Assembly (NCBI GenBank): GCA_013816135.1
Contig: JACDEV010000003.1
Span: forward strand, 1 to 61,815
Reading direction: 5' to 3'
DNA: 61,815 bases
Origin: Patescibacteria group bacterium
Lineage (GTDB): Bacteria; Patescibacteriota; Minisyncoccia; Phycocordibacterales; DATDWN01
This document shows positions 18,287 to 27,274 of the stretch, piece after piece. Both the position numbers and the translations under genes were made by a program. Position 1 is the first letter of the stretch. Each line of letters begins with the position of its first letter. The notes under the pieces were generated by a model that was given only the letters and a program-made list of their open reading frames with translations, searched no databases and was not told the DNA's origin.

Positions 18287-18357
18287 TGCCAGATCGTCTA
18301 ACGGTAGGACTCCGCCCTCTGGAGGCGGGTATCTTGGTTCGAGTCCAAGTCTGGCAG
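18287..18357 (+). tRNA. tRNA-Gln (CUG)
   Basis: Acceptor TGCCAGA/TCTGGCA (U1-A72), anticodon loop CTCTGGA, T arm CTTGG-TTCGAGT-CCAAG. No encoded CCA. Confidence 0.9.
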
Positions 18358-18540
18358 CAAAATAGCGAAGCTATTTTCCTGTCCAGAAGCAAAGCGTAGC
18401 TTTGCGCTTGGACTCGAACGACGGAGCGATTCGTGTTTTAACAAAAACACGACGCGAGTCGGCGCCTAGACTTTTTCCGAGCGACGGCAAGGAAAAAAGT
18501 CGGAGGAGAGAGTGTACTCACGATCCAAGTCTGGCAGCCA
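18358..18540 (+). repeat. tRNA-linked GC-rich structured element, copy B (ends in a second tRNA-Gln 3' end with CCA)
   Basis: A/T hairpin; TGTCCAGA; hairpin; CTTGG+ACTCGAA (inverted T-loop); GACGGAGCG; hairpin; CGCGAGTCGG; hairpin with GAGCGACGGC loop; CCAAG TCTGGCA G CCA. Confidence 0.6.
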
Positions 18541-19143
18541 ATGAAAAATAAAATTATTAAATTAGCTTCCTTAATATTGGATTTCGGAAAGATTGAAAGG
18601 CAGACTTTTCATCAAGATGGTTTGACATCTGAGTCTGATACCGATCACACAGTCATGCTTGGTGTTATAAGCTGTTCATTGGCTAGTAAATTATATTTGG
18701 ATTTAGATGTTGGTTTGGTTGCACAATTTGCTTTTGTTCATGATTTGGTTGAGGTCCATGCAGGAGACACACCAACTCTTAAAGGAATAACTGATGAATT
18801 TTTAGAATCAAAAGAAAAAAGAGAATTAAGGGCTTTAGAAAAAATAAAGTATGAATTTTCAGAGGATTTTTTTTGGATACATAAAACAATAGAAAAATAT
18901 GAAAAATTAGATACAAAGGAAGCTAGATTTATAAAAACTCTTGATAAGATTTTACCCAAAATTACGGTTATCTTAAACAATGCCAAAGGTTTAAATGATA
19001 ATAAACTTGCTACAAGGACTGAAGCGAAAGAAACTTTTGATAAACAAAGAATAAAATTATCCAAATTAGCAAATGATATGCCGGAAGTTATGGATTTATG
19101 GGAGTATTTTGTAGAAGAAGAACTAAAACTTATAAAAGATTAA
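18541..19143 (+). CDS. HD-domain phosphohydrolase (YfbR-like 5'-nucleotidase type)
   Basis: DTDHTVM ... FVHDLVEVHAGDTP gives the H...HD...D metal-binding pattern. Confidence 0.7.
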   Translation: MKNKIIKLASLILDFGKIERQTFHQDGLTSESDTDHTVMLGVISCSLASKLYLDLDVGLVAQFAFVHDLVEVHAGDTPTLKGITDEFLESKEKRELRALEKIKYEFSEDFFWIHKTIEKYEKLDTKEARFIKTLDKILPKITVILNNAKGLNDNKLATRTEAKETFDKQRIKLSKLANDMPEVMDLWEYFVEEELKLIKD

Positions 19144-22100
19144 TGTCATCATCTCAAAAACCAGTATTTTATGATCCAACCAATCAGCGAGCAAAAAAGT
19201 TACGCTTTATTTCCCTTGTCTTGGGGTTTACTCTTACTGTTCTTCTTATTATTTTTCTTATAAGTATATTATTTGTTCCTAGTTTTACCCCTCTTCCTTT
19301 AGCTTCCTTTATAAAAGAGAGCAGACAAAAACCTCCTCAACAATTATCCATTTCTGCAAGCAAAGCCAAAATAATCGAAGAATTAGAAATAAAAAGAGCA
19401 GAAGAGCAAAAGAAATATGCTTTAGAACAAGAACGTCTACAGAATAGTAAAAAACCTCTGTCACCACTCGTCATAGGGTTTATGGTTAATTGGGATGACA
19501 ATAGTTTCGAGTCTCTCAAACAAAACTTTGAAAAAATAGATATCTTGTCGCCAGAATGGCTACATATCAAAGATGGAACGGGAAATATAACTTTGGACAA
19601 CGAAGGCTTACAAAAGGAAGTCACTGAGTATGTTAGAAGTCGTAATTCGAATCTGGCAATTATTCCACTTGTAAACAATTTTGGATGGCAAAAATCTATT
19701 TTGCATGAAGTATTACGTAAGAATTCCACTAGAGCACACCTAATATCGGAGCTACTGAAATATATTAAAGATAGAAAATATGCCGGAATCAGTATAGACT
19801 TTGAAAATATAGATGACATAGACCAGAGAAATTTCAGTCAATTTATAGAGGAAATTTCTTCTACTTTTCATGCAGAAAATCTTCAAGTTTCAGTTAATGT
19901 TATTCCAGATAATCCCGCGTATGAATTCAAACGACTTTCTCTTGCAGCAGACCATGTCATATTAATGATGTATGACGAAAATATTGCAACAGATCCTGCT
20001 GGACCGATTTCTGGAATCGATTGGTATTCAGAGCTTTTAACAAATCTGTCTAAAGAAATTCCTTCAAACAAAATGATTATTGCCATGGGAGCGTACTCCA
20101 ATGATTGGCAAGGGAATAATAAAGCAGAGCAAAAGTCATTTGAAGATGCCTTGCTTACTGCTACAGATTCCGAAGGTGTGATTAGCTTAAATCCAATTTC
20201 ACTCTCCTCTACATACCAGTATTATGATGATACAGATAAACTCCATACAGTTTGGATGCAGGACAGTGTTAGTCTTTTCAACCAGTACATGATTGCGAGC
20301 AGATTTAGTCCCGCAGGTGTAGCACTATGGCGACTTGGAGGAGAAGATAAAAGTATTTGGAATTTTATTGGAAATTCTTTCGACACTACATACACACCTG
20401 ATTCTGTTCAGGCTTTGTTAGGTGATGTGACTTATTCTTATACTTTGGATTATGAGAGTGACGGAGAAATATTAAAAGTGACGGGTTTGCCTCATACCGG
20501 CAAAAGAATTGTCACATTTAATCCTGTTACTGGACTCATTTCCAAAGAAAATTTTAATGACTATCCGAAACCCTACGTTATTACTCAGTATGGTAAAAGT
20601 GATCGCAAAATCGCTCTGACATTTGACGATGGACCTGATGACTCTTACACTTCCAAAATACTTGATATCTTGAAAAATAAAAATGCCCCAGCCACTTTTT
20701 TTTTGGTAGGGGAGAATATTGGAAGTTTTCCATCTCTTGTCCGTCGTGAATATGAAGAAGGTCACGAGATTGGTAATCATACTTTCTCACATCCAAATAT
20801 TTCGGAAATTTCGCAAACTCAGCTTCGTTTAGAACTGTCTGTTACAGAACGCATGATTGAAAGCAGTACCGGTCACCAATCTCTTTTATTCCGTGCGCCT
20901 TTTGCTGTTGATTCAGAACCCACTACTCCGGATCAGATGATCCCAGTGGCAGAAGTGAGTCGTTTAGGTTACCTGATGGTAGGAATGCATATAGACCCAT
21001 CAGACTGGGAAAGTCCTCCGTCTGGCCAAATTATCAGTCGGGTGTTGAGCCAAATAGAAAGCGGACAAGGAAATGTAGTATTGCTTCACGATGGAGGTGG
21101 AGAAAGAGAGCAAACAGTTTTAGCTTTACCCAAACTAATTGATACTCTCCGGGCCAAAGGCTACAACCTTGTGTTAGTGTCGGATCTACTTGGTAAGAGC
21201 CGGGATGAAATAATGCCAGCAATCCAGGTTAGCGATAAATTTGAGAAAGTCAGTAACACTGCAAGTTTTAGTATTGCTAGAGTTATTGTGTATATATTGC
21301 ATCTTCTTTTTCTTTTCGGTTTAATTCTCGGAATTATTCGGTTCTTTATGGTGGGCATTCTTGCTTTGATAGAATACCTGAAAGAACGCAGGAAAACATT
21401 TACTCCCGGATTTTTCCCTTCCATGGCGGTTATCATTTCTGCTTTTAACGAAGAAAAAGTTATTAATCAAACAATCTCAACTCTACTTTCTTCCACATAT
21501 CCAAATTTTGAAATTATTGTTGTAGATGACGGTTCGACAGATAAAACTTTGGAGAAAGTTAAAGAAACATTTGGAGAAAATAATCGTGTTCAGATATATC
21601 ATCAGGAAAATTCTGGCAAATCCACAGCCCTTAACTTTGGTATAGCGAAAACTTCTGCGGATATTGTAGTAAGTTTAGATGCTGATACTATATTTCCCCC
21701 GGTAGCACTTTCCAAACTAGCACGCCATTTTGAAGATCCGAATATTGGTGCGGTAGCAGGTAATGCAAAAGTGGGAAATAGGAATAATCTTTTGACTAAA
21801 TTTCAGGCTCTTGAATATATTATTAGCCAGAATCTAGATAAGAGAGCTTTTAGTGTGCTAGATGCAATTACAGTAGTGCCAGGGGCAGTAGGAGCTTGGC
21901 GAAGGAAGGCTCTTTTGGAAGCAGGAGGGTTTAAGAGTGATACTTTGGCTGAAGATTCAGACCTAACGATTTCTATAAGAAAAATCGGCTACACTATAAC
22001 CTATGAAGATGAGGCAATAGGAATTACTGAAGCTCCAGAAACTGTTAAGAATTTAATTAAACAGCGTTTTCGATGGATGTATGGAACATTGCAAGTAGGT

Positions 22101-22538
22101 TGGAAGCATATAGGAGCCTTACTTAATCCAAAATACGGCTCACTCGGACTTATTGCATTACCAAACATTATTATTTTTCAATTAATATTTCCAATCGTTT
22201 CTCCGTTAATGGATTTGACCGTTATTGTTTCCATTTTCGCAACACTCTTTACCTACAATCAGCACCCAGAAAGTTTTTCTGCAGGCTCGCTTCAACATAT
22301 ACTTTATTTTTATCTTTTATTTTTAATTATTGAAATACTGGGTGCTGGAATAGCTTTTCTTTTTGAGCGAAAAGAAGATCCGCGTCTCTTGGTTTGGCTA
22401 ATCATACAACGTTTCTACTATCGTCAGCTGATGTATTATATTGTTTTGAAATCACTCTTTACTTCGCTTAGGGGGATTGCAGTCGGTTGGAATAAATTTG
22501 ATCGCACGGGTACTGTGAAAATAGATAATTTAAAATAA
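19143..22538 (+). CDS. fusion protein: GH18-like domain + CE4 polysaccharide deacetylase + processive GT2 glycosyltransferase (PgaB/PgaC-like)
   Basis: GISIDFEN (GH18 DxE-like); TFDDGPDD and HTFSHP (NodB/CE4); VVDDGSTD, LDAD, QRFRWMYG (GT2 QxxRW); C-terminal TM helices. The ATG at 19143 (TAATG overlap with the HD gene stop) is preferred over 19098. Confidence 0.8.
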   Translation: MSSSQKPVFYDPTNQRAKKLRFISLVLGFTLTVLLIIFLISILFVPSFTPLPLASFIKESRQKPPQQLSISASKAKIIEELEIKRAEEQKKYALEQERLQNSKKPLSPLVIGFMVNWDDNSFESLKQNFEKIDILSPEWLHIKDGTGNITLDNEGLQKEVTEYVRSRNSNLAIIPLVNNFGWQKSILHEVLRKNSTRAHLISELLKYIKDRKYAGISIDFENIDDIDQRNFSQFIEEISSTFHAENLQVSVNVIPDNPAYEFKRLSLAADHVILMMYDENIATDPAGPISGIDWYSELLTNLSKEIPSNKMIIAMGAYSNDWQGNNKAEQKSFEDALLTATDSEGVISLNPISLSSTYQYYDDTDKLHTVWMQDSVSLFNQYMIASRFSPAGVALWRLGGEDKSIWNFIGNSFDTTYTPDSVQALLGDVTYSYTLDYESDGEILKVTGLPHTGKRIVTFNPVTGLISKENFNDYPKPYVITQYGKSDRKIALTFDDGPDDSYTSKILDILKNKNAPATFFLVGENIGSFPSLVRREYEEGHEIGNHTFSHPNISEISQTQLRLELSVTERMIESSTGHQSLLFRAPFAVDSEPTTPDQMIPVAEVSRLGYLMVGMHIDPSDWESPPSGQIISRVLSQIESGQGNVVLLHDGGGEREQTVLALPKLIDTLRAKGYNLVLVSDLLGKSRDEIMPAIQVSDKFEKVSNTASFSIARVIVYILHLLFLFGLILGIIRFFMVGILALIEYLKERRKTFTPGFFPSMAVIISAFNEEKVINQTISTLLSSTYPNFEIIVVDDGSTDKTLEKVKETFGENNRVQIYHQENSGKSTALNFGIAKTSADIVVSLDADTIFPPVALSKLARHFEDPNIGAVAGNAKVGNRNNLLTKFQALEYIISQNLDKRAFSVLDAITVVPGAVGAWRRKALLEAGGFKSDTLAEDSDLTISIRKIGYTITYEDEAIGITEAPETVKNLIKQRFRWMYGTLQVGWKHIGALLNPKYGSLGLIALPNIIIFQLIFPIVSPLMDLTVIVSIFATLFTYNQHPESFSAGSLQHILYFYLLFLIIEILGAGIAFLFERKEDPRLLVWLIIQRFYYRQLMYYIVLKSLFTSLRGIAVGWNKFDRTGTVKIDNLK

Positions 22539-22591
22539 AATTGATGAAAATAATTCGAGATTACTTATTAACTTATTATTAACAATTACCA

Positions 22592-22621
22592 TTGACATTT
22601 CACAAGTTTACATTGTATAAT
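22592..22621 (+). promoter_or_regulatory. near-consensus sigma70-like promoter
   Basis: TTGACA (22592-22597), 18-nt spacer, TATAAT (22616-22621), 16 nt before the ATG at 22638. Confidence 0.55.
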
Positions 22622-22637
22622 TATATCTGAGGCAAGC

Positions 22638-22847
22638 ATGAAAGTAAGATGTGTTAATGAATGTTCGACATCCAAAATGTGCCCAGGATGTTCCGAATGT
22701 ATGCTTTGTTGTAAGTGTGGAAGTGTAATCGGTTGCCACATCGGTAGTATTGATGTGAAAATCGAAGGACACTACGTAACTGATGACGGTATGGTCTGCA
22801 TGGCTTGCCATGGACCCAAAATAATCAACACTCAGTTGTCGCGTTGA
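22638..22847 (+). CDS. small cysteine-rich protein (13 Cys in 69 aa), function unknown
   Basis: CVNEC..CPGCSECMLCCKCG...C...CMAC pattern. Own promoter. GC content visibly above its neighbours. Confidence 0.5.
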   Translation: MKVRCVNECSTSKMCPGCSECMLCCKCGSVIGCHIGSIDVKIEGHYVTDDGMVCMACHGPKIINTQLSR

Positions 22848-23062
22848 TTAAATTCGATATTTCTTTCCCTGAAGACTCACTTCATGTTTCGCATGTGGTG
22901 GTTTTTTATTTAAGTAATATTTTTTAAACGAAATAGTCCAAACTTCATACTTGTCGGCTAGCAAACATCAGAAGGTTCGGACTCCTATGTCTATAAAAAA
23001 TGAAACTACATATAAAATTTATATTTCATATCTAATCCCAGGGAATTTGGTATAATTAGTTT

Positions 23063-23980
23063 ATGAAGTACACGAGCAACAGAGGATTTTTGTCGGGTAC
23101 AACTCTATATGTAGTCGTTATTGTTTTACTTGGAAGTGCTCTTATATATGGGTATAGAGAGATTTATAATTTAAATAAAAAAGTTGGCACACTCACAACT
23201 GAGCTTGCTTCTACAACTGCACTTTTCTCGCAAAATGCAAACGAACTTTCGCAAAATATTACAGATTTAAGTGCTAAAGCTTCTAGTACAGATCAAAACA
23301 TACAGGATGTGAAAAATCAGGTTGGAGGAGTGCAGAACACTCTCGGTTCAGTGTCGGGATCTCTCGGTACACTTGAAAAGCTTTCTAGAATTGATCCAGT
23401 TATTCTAAAAAAATATTCAAAGGTGTATTTTCTGAATGAAAACTACACTCCGGCCCACCTAACGATATTACCTACGGAGTATTTGTTCAGTCCAAATCGA
23501 ACTGAACAATTTCAGACAGAATCTTGGCCATTTTTGAAAAATCTTTTGGACGATGCAAAAGCAAGCGGAGTGACACTTTTCGTAAAGTCGGCATATCGAT
23601 CATTTGCTGAACAACAGACACTTAAAACTGCCTACACTATTACCTATGGAGCTGGTACTGCTAATTCATTTTCTGCAGACCAAGGATATTCCGAACATCA
23701 GTTGGGTACTACAGTTGATCTTATTACATCAGGAATGAACGGTCAGTTATCTGTTTCTTTTGATAAGACTCTTGCATATCAGTGGCTAACAAACAACGCC
23801 TATCGATATGGGTTCGTTCTGTCTTATCCAAAAGGGAACAGCTATTACATATATGAACCATGGCATTGGCGCTTTGTAGGAGTTAAGCTTGCTGTCTATT
23901 TACACAACAACAACTTAAAGTTTTATGATATGGATCAAAGGGAGATAGATTCCTACCTTGTAAATACGTTTGATTTCTAA
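23063..23980 (+). CDS. peptidase M15 (VanY-type D-Ala-D-Ala / LD-carboxypeptidase)
   Basis: SAYRSFAEQQ, SEHQLGTTVDL, EPWHWRFVG. N-terminal TM helix. Confidence 0.75.
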   Translation: MKYTSNRGFLSGTTLYVVVIVLLGSALIYGYREIYNLNKKVGTLTTELASTTALFSQNANELSQNITDLSAKASSTDQNIQDVKNQVGGVQNTLGSVSGSLGTLEKLSRIDPVILKKYSKVYFLNENYTPAHLTILPTEYLFSPNRTEQFQTESWPFLKNLLDDAKASGVTLFVKSAYRSFAEQQTLKTAYTITYGAGTANSFSADQGYSEHQLGTTVDLITSGMNGQLSVSFDKTLAYQWLTNNAYRYGFVLSYPKGNSYYIYEPWHWRFVGVKLAVYLHNNNLKFYDMDQREIDSYLVNTFDF

Positions 23981-24017
23981 TAATACTCAGGTTGAGCTGG
24001 CATGGTATAATAGGAAT

Positions 24018-24917
24018 ATGAAAAATACAATTATTGCTGTCATAGCGGTTATCATTATTGGGTTTATTGGCTACTTTATTTTTAGGAAACCCGTTTCACC
24101 TGTTGTTCCAACTACAAATACAATATCGACAACGACACCAACCAGTGCTGTTCAAAATACGACACCAGTAAATAAGGAAGAAACTGTAATCGGAAAGTCA
24201 GTTGAAGGACGCGATATTGTTGCATATCATTTTGGTACAGGAGTAAGAGAAATAGTACTTGTGGGAGGAATTCATGGAGGTTATTCATGGAATACAGCTC
24301 TTGTTGCGTATCAAACAATAGATTACTTGAAAGCTAATCCATCTGTAATTCCGGCAAATATAAAAGTGACTGTTATTCCAGCTCTAAATCCAGATGGCCT
24401 ATTCAAAGTTGTGGGCAAAACTGGGGCGTTTACTGCGACGGACGTCTCTGCATCTGCCACACTCCAAGCAGCTGCACGATTTAATGCGAATCTTGTAGAC
24501 ATAAGTCGAAACTTCGATTGTGATTGGCAAGCGAATGCAAAGTGGCAGAGCAAAACTGTAAGCGGAGGAAGTGCTGCGTTCTCAGAACCAGAAAGTTTAG
24601 CTGTAAAAAACTATGTTGAAACTAAAAACCCAACAGCAGTTATTGTTTGGTATAGTGCGGCTGGCGGAGTATACCCATCTAAATGTGGTGGAAGTGTAAT
24701 GACTGAAACTACAAACCTAACAAACTTATTTGCAAAGGCATCAGGATACAAAGCATATTCAAGTTATAATTTTTATGAAACTACAGGAGATATGGTGAAC
24801 TGGTTGGCAAAAAAGCAGATTCCTGCCATCAGTGTTCTTCTTACAAATCATACAGATACTGAATTCACAAAAAACCAGAACGGTATAATGGCAGTAATGA
24901 AATTCTACACTAAATAA
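24018..24917 (+). CDS. M14-family zinc carboxypeptidase-like protein (paralogue 1)
   Basis: GGIHGGYSWN, DISRNFDC, FSEPES. The ATG at 24018 (MKNTIIAV, TM helix) is preferred over 23970. Confidence 0.7.
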   Translation: MKNTIIAVIAVIIIGFIGYFIFRKPVSPVVPTTNTISTTTPTSAVQNTTPVNKEETVIGKSVEGRDIVAYHFGTGVREIVLVGGIHGGYSWNTALVAYQTIDYLKANPSVIPANIKVTVIPALNPDGLFKVVGKTGAFTATDVSASATLQAAARFNANLVDISRNFDCDWQANAKWQSKTVSGGSAAFSEPESLAVKNYVETKNPTAVIVWYSAAGGVYPSKCGGSVMTETTNLTNLFAKASGYKAYSSYNFYETTGDMVNWLAKKQIPAISVLLTNHTDTEFTKNQNGIMAVMKFYTK

Positions 24918-25798
24918 TGAGGAATTTTTTATCTAAACCGATTGTCATTATTGGATTAGTTGTTTTGTTGCTAGGAGGCCTAATTGGTTCAAATATATAT
25001 AGAAATTCAAGACCTGTAGTCGCCACTGTTCCACAAGTTAAAATTATTGAAAAGGCTGGGCCAATAGTTACTGTTATTGGTAAGTCAGTTCAAGGAAGAA
25101 CTATAGATGCGTATACATATGGAAAAGGTAAAACTCATATAGCATTTGTAGGAGGTGTTCATGGTGCATATGAATGGAATAGCATAGTTCTCGCATTTAA
25201 AGTTATAGATTATCTAAACTCTAATCCCAGCTCTGTTCCAAAAAGTTTAACTGTAACTGTAATTCCTGATGCAAATCCTGACGGAGTTTTCAAGATAATT
25301 GGAAAGGAAGGGAGATTTACAGAAAAAGATATTCCTTCAAATATCTCAACAATTCCAGGCCGTTTCAATGCAAATACAGTAGACCTTAACCGAAACTTCG
25401 ATTGTAAATGGCAACCAGAAAGTACATGGCAAAACAAAACAGAGAGTGCTGGAACAAAACCATTTTCAGAACCCGAAGCTGAGGCTATAAGAGCTTTTGT
25501 GGAAAAAGATCATCCAGTTGCAATGGTGTTTTGGCACAGTAAGTCTGGAGCAGTATACGCATCACAATGTAAAAACGGAATCCTTCCTGAGACTTTGAAA
25601 ATTATGAATGCGTATGCAAAAGCTTCTGGCTACAATGCTGTTCCTGTTTTTTCTGCATATGTAACAACAGGGGACTCTGAGGGTTGGCTCGCGTCAATTG
25701 GTATTCCTGCAATTACTGTAGAAATGACAACTCATGAGACTATTGAATTAGAAAAGAATCTTGCCGGTATCAAAGCTCTGTTTGAATATTACAAATAA
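24917..25798 (+). CDS. M14-family zinc carboxypeptidase-like protein (paralogue 2)
   Basis: Collinear with the upstream paralogue: GGVHGAYEWN, DLNRNFDC, FSEPEA. Confidence 0.7.
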   Translation: MRNFLSKPIVIIGLVVLLLGGLIGSNIYRNSRPVVATVPQVKIIEKAGPIVTVIGKSVQGRTIDAYTYGKGKTHIAFVGGVHGAYEWNSIVLAFKVIDYLNSNPSSVPKSLTVTVIPDANPDGVFKIIGKEGRFTEKDIPSNISTIPGRFNANTVDLNRNFDCKWQPESTWQNKTESAGTKPFSEPEAEAIRAFVEKDHPVAMVFWHSKSGAVYASQCKNGILPETLKIMNAYAKASGYNAVPVFSAYVTTGDSEGWLASIGIPAITVEMTTHETIELEKNLAGIKALFEYYK

Positions 25799-25821
25799 AA
25801 TGATTATTGTATAAATAATTA

Positions 25822-26346
25822 ATGGATAAATTTTTAATTACAGAACCTAAGGATGGTGACGAGGTGGCGATTGGTCCAATGCATATTCAATCTTGGATTG
25901 AAACTTACTTACCTCAAAATAAGGAAATGACAGAAGAGTTTATAAAAAAACAAATAAGTTTTGTTGCTAATGAAAGTGGAAATAAGTTTAGAAAGGAAAC
26001 TTTTAAAGAAGCACAGGAACATCCTGATAAAGTTTTATATAGAGTAGTTAAAAACACTGAAGGTGTGGTTGTGGGTTTTTTCCATTGCACCAAAGACGAA
26101 AATTTTAATGAAATTGAAGGAATCTATTTGTTAGAGGAAGCAAAAGGTCATGGTATTGGAAAAAAATTAATGGAAGATTTTTTAAATTGGATGGATAATA
26201 ATAAGCCTTCTCGTCTAGAAGTATTTGGTACTAATGAAAGAGCAATAAGTTTTTACTCTAAGTATGGATTTAAAAAATTTGATAAAGAAGTACGTCTATA
26301 CAAAGACAAATTTCCTATAATTGAAATGATACGCCCAGCAAAATAA
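25822..26346 (+). CDS. GNAT family N-acetyltransferase
   Basis: Acetyl-CoA motif region EEAKGHGIGKKLME and a C-terminal YSKYGFKK. Confidence 0.75.
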   Translation: MDKFLITEPKDGDEVAIGPMHIQSWIETYLPQNKEMTEEFIKKQISFVANESGNKFRKETFKEAQEHPDKVLYRVVKNTEGVVVGFFHCTKDENFNEIEGIYLLEEAKGHGIGKKLMEDFLNWMDNNKPSRLEVFGTNERAISFYSKYGFKKFDKEVRLYKDKFPIIEMIRPAK

Positions 26347-26356
26347 GATAAACATT

Positions 26357-26788
26357 ATGGAAAATAATAATGAATTAATCGTCACTCGCGTATTTGATGT
26401 TTCACCAGAACTCGTTTGGAAGGCATGGGCCCTACCTGAACAAATTGCTCAATGGTTTGCCCCGGGGATAGTCATGGAAGTACGCGAGCTTGATGTGCGA
26501 CCGGGAGGCCATTTTAGATTTGCCGATCCAAACGATAAACTTTCTGGTGAATATACCGGAACTTATATTACGGTTAAGCCTCTCCAAGAGCTTTCATTTT
26601 CTGTTGTAGATTTTTCTGATAATCCGGCAGGTATAAGAGCAGGGTTCAAAGTAGAATTTGAGGAGATTGGTAATCAAACAAAAATGACACTTACATCACT
26701 TCCGCCAGAAAATTCTTATGACAAAACTACATTTGATGCTTGGAGTGGTTGCTTCGATAGAATGGCTAAGGTGATAAAATCAAATTAG
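26357..26788 (+). CDS. SRPBCC / AHSA1-domain protein
   Basis: VTRVFDVSPELVWKAWALPEQIAQWFAP is typical of the Aha1/SRPBCC family. Confidence 0.75.
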   Translation: MENNNELIVTRVFDVSPELVWKAWALPEQIAQWFAPGIVMEVRELDVRPGGHFRFADPNDKLSGEYTGTYITVKPLQELSFSVVDFSDNPAGIRAGFKVEFEEIGNQTKMTLTSLPPENSYDKTTFDAWSGCFDRMAKVIKSN

Positions 26789-26884
26789 TTTTATAATATA
26801 CTATTACGTCTTGTAATTTGTAAATTTGCAACATGTTTAATTAAATGTTAGCCTGATTTTAGATCTTTTTTATGGAGGTGTGAA

Positions 26885-27205
26885 GTGGCTGATATCGTAA
26901 TGCTGGAGTCTCAACCGTGCCAGTTTCAAAAGGCATGGGTAGGAATGTGCAGGAGGCCAAGTACAAATGGCTGGTGTACAGAACACGAAGCGTTGAAATG
27001 TCGTGTATGCGGAAAGCAGGCAGTAAAAACCTGCGACTTTACAGGGACTAACCCGCTCGTTTGCGGTGTGCCACTCTGCCACACTTGCCAGCATGAGCCA
27101 TACATCAAAGGCAAAGTGGATTTCCCAAGCAAACATATGAATGCCGCGGATTTCAGCCAAGCTTCTGGGGAATCAGTTTTAGCTGAAATGTCTTCCCACA
27201 AATAG
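26885..27205 (+). CDS. cysteine-rich small protein in a GC-rich island, function unknown
   Basis: GGAGGTG Shine-Dalgarno. CxxxxxxxxC ... CRVCG ... C ... CGVPLCHTCQH pattern. Strong terminator downstream. Composition is clearly foreign to the surrounding genome. Confidence 0.5.
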   Translation: MADIVMLESQPCQFQKAWVGMCRRPSTNGWCTEHEALKCRVCGKQAVKTCDFTGTNPLVCGVPLCHTCQHEPYIKGKVDFPSKHMNAADFSQASGESVLAEMSSHK

Positions 27206-27228
27206 TCTTCAGTACTTGATACGTAAGA

Positions 27229-27254
27229 ACCGCCGACTAATACTCGGCGGTTTT
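27229..27254 (+). terminator. intrinsic terminator
   Basis: ACCGCCGA ctaatac TCGGCGGT followed by TTT. Confidence 0.7.
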
Positions 27255-27274
27255 AATTTTGCTATAATTATGTA

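Noticed and set aside
19098-19142. Upstream ATG start of the GH18-CE4-GT2 ORF
   Set aside because: It would overlap the HD gene by 46 nt. The ATG at 19143 forms a TAATG stop/start overlap and is followed directly by the TM helix region.
26870-27201. Two minus-strand ORFs (96 and 91 aa)
   Set aside because: They are antisense to the Cys-rich ORF inside the GC-rich island. High GC content keeps all frames open, and only the + frame has a ribosome-binding site, a terminator and a protein-like Cys pattern.
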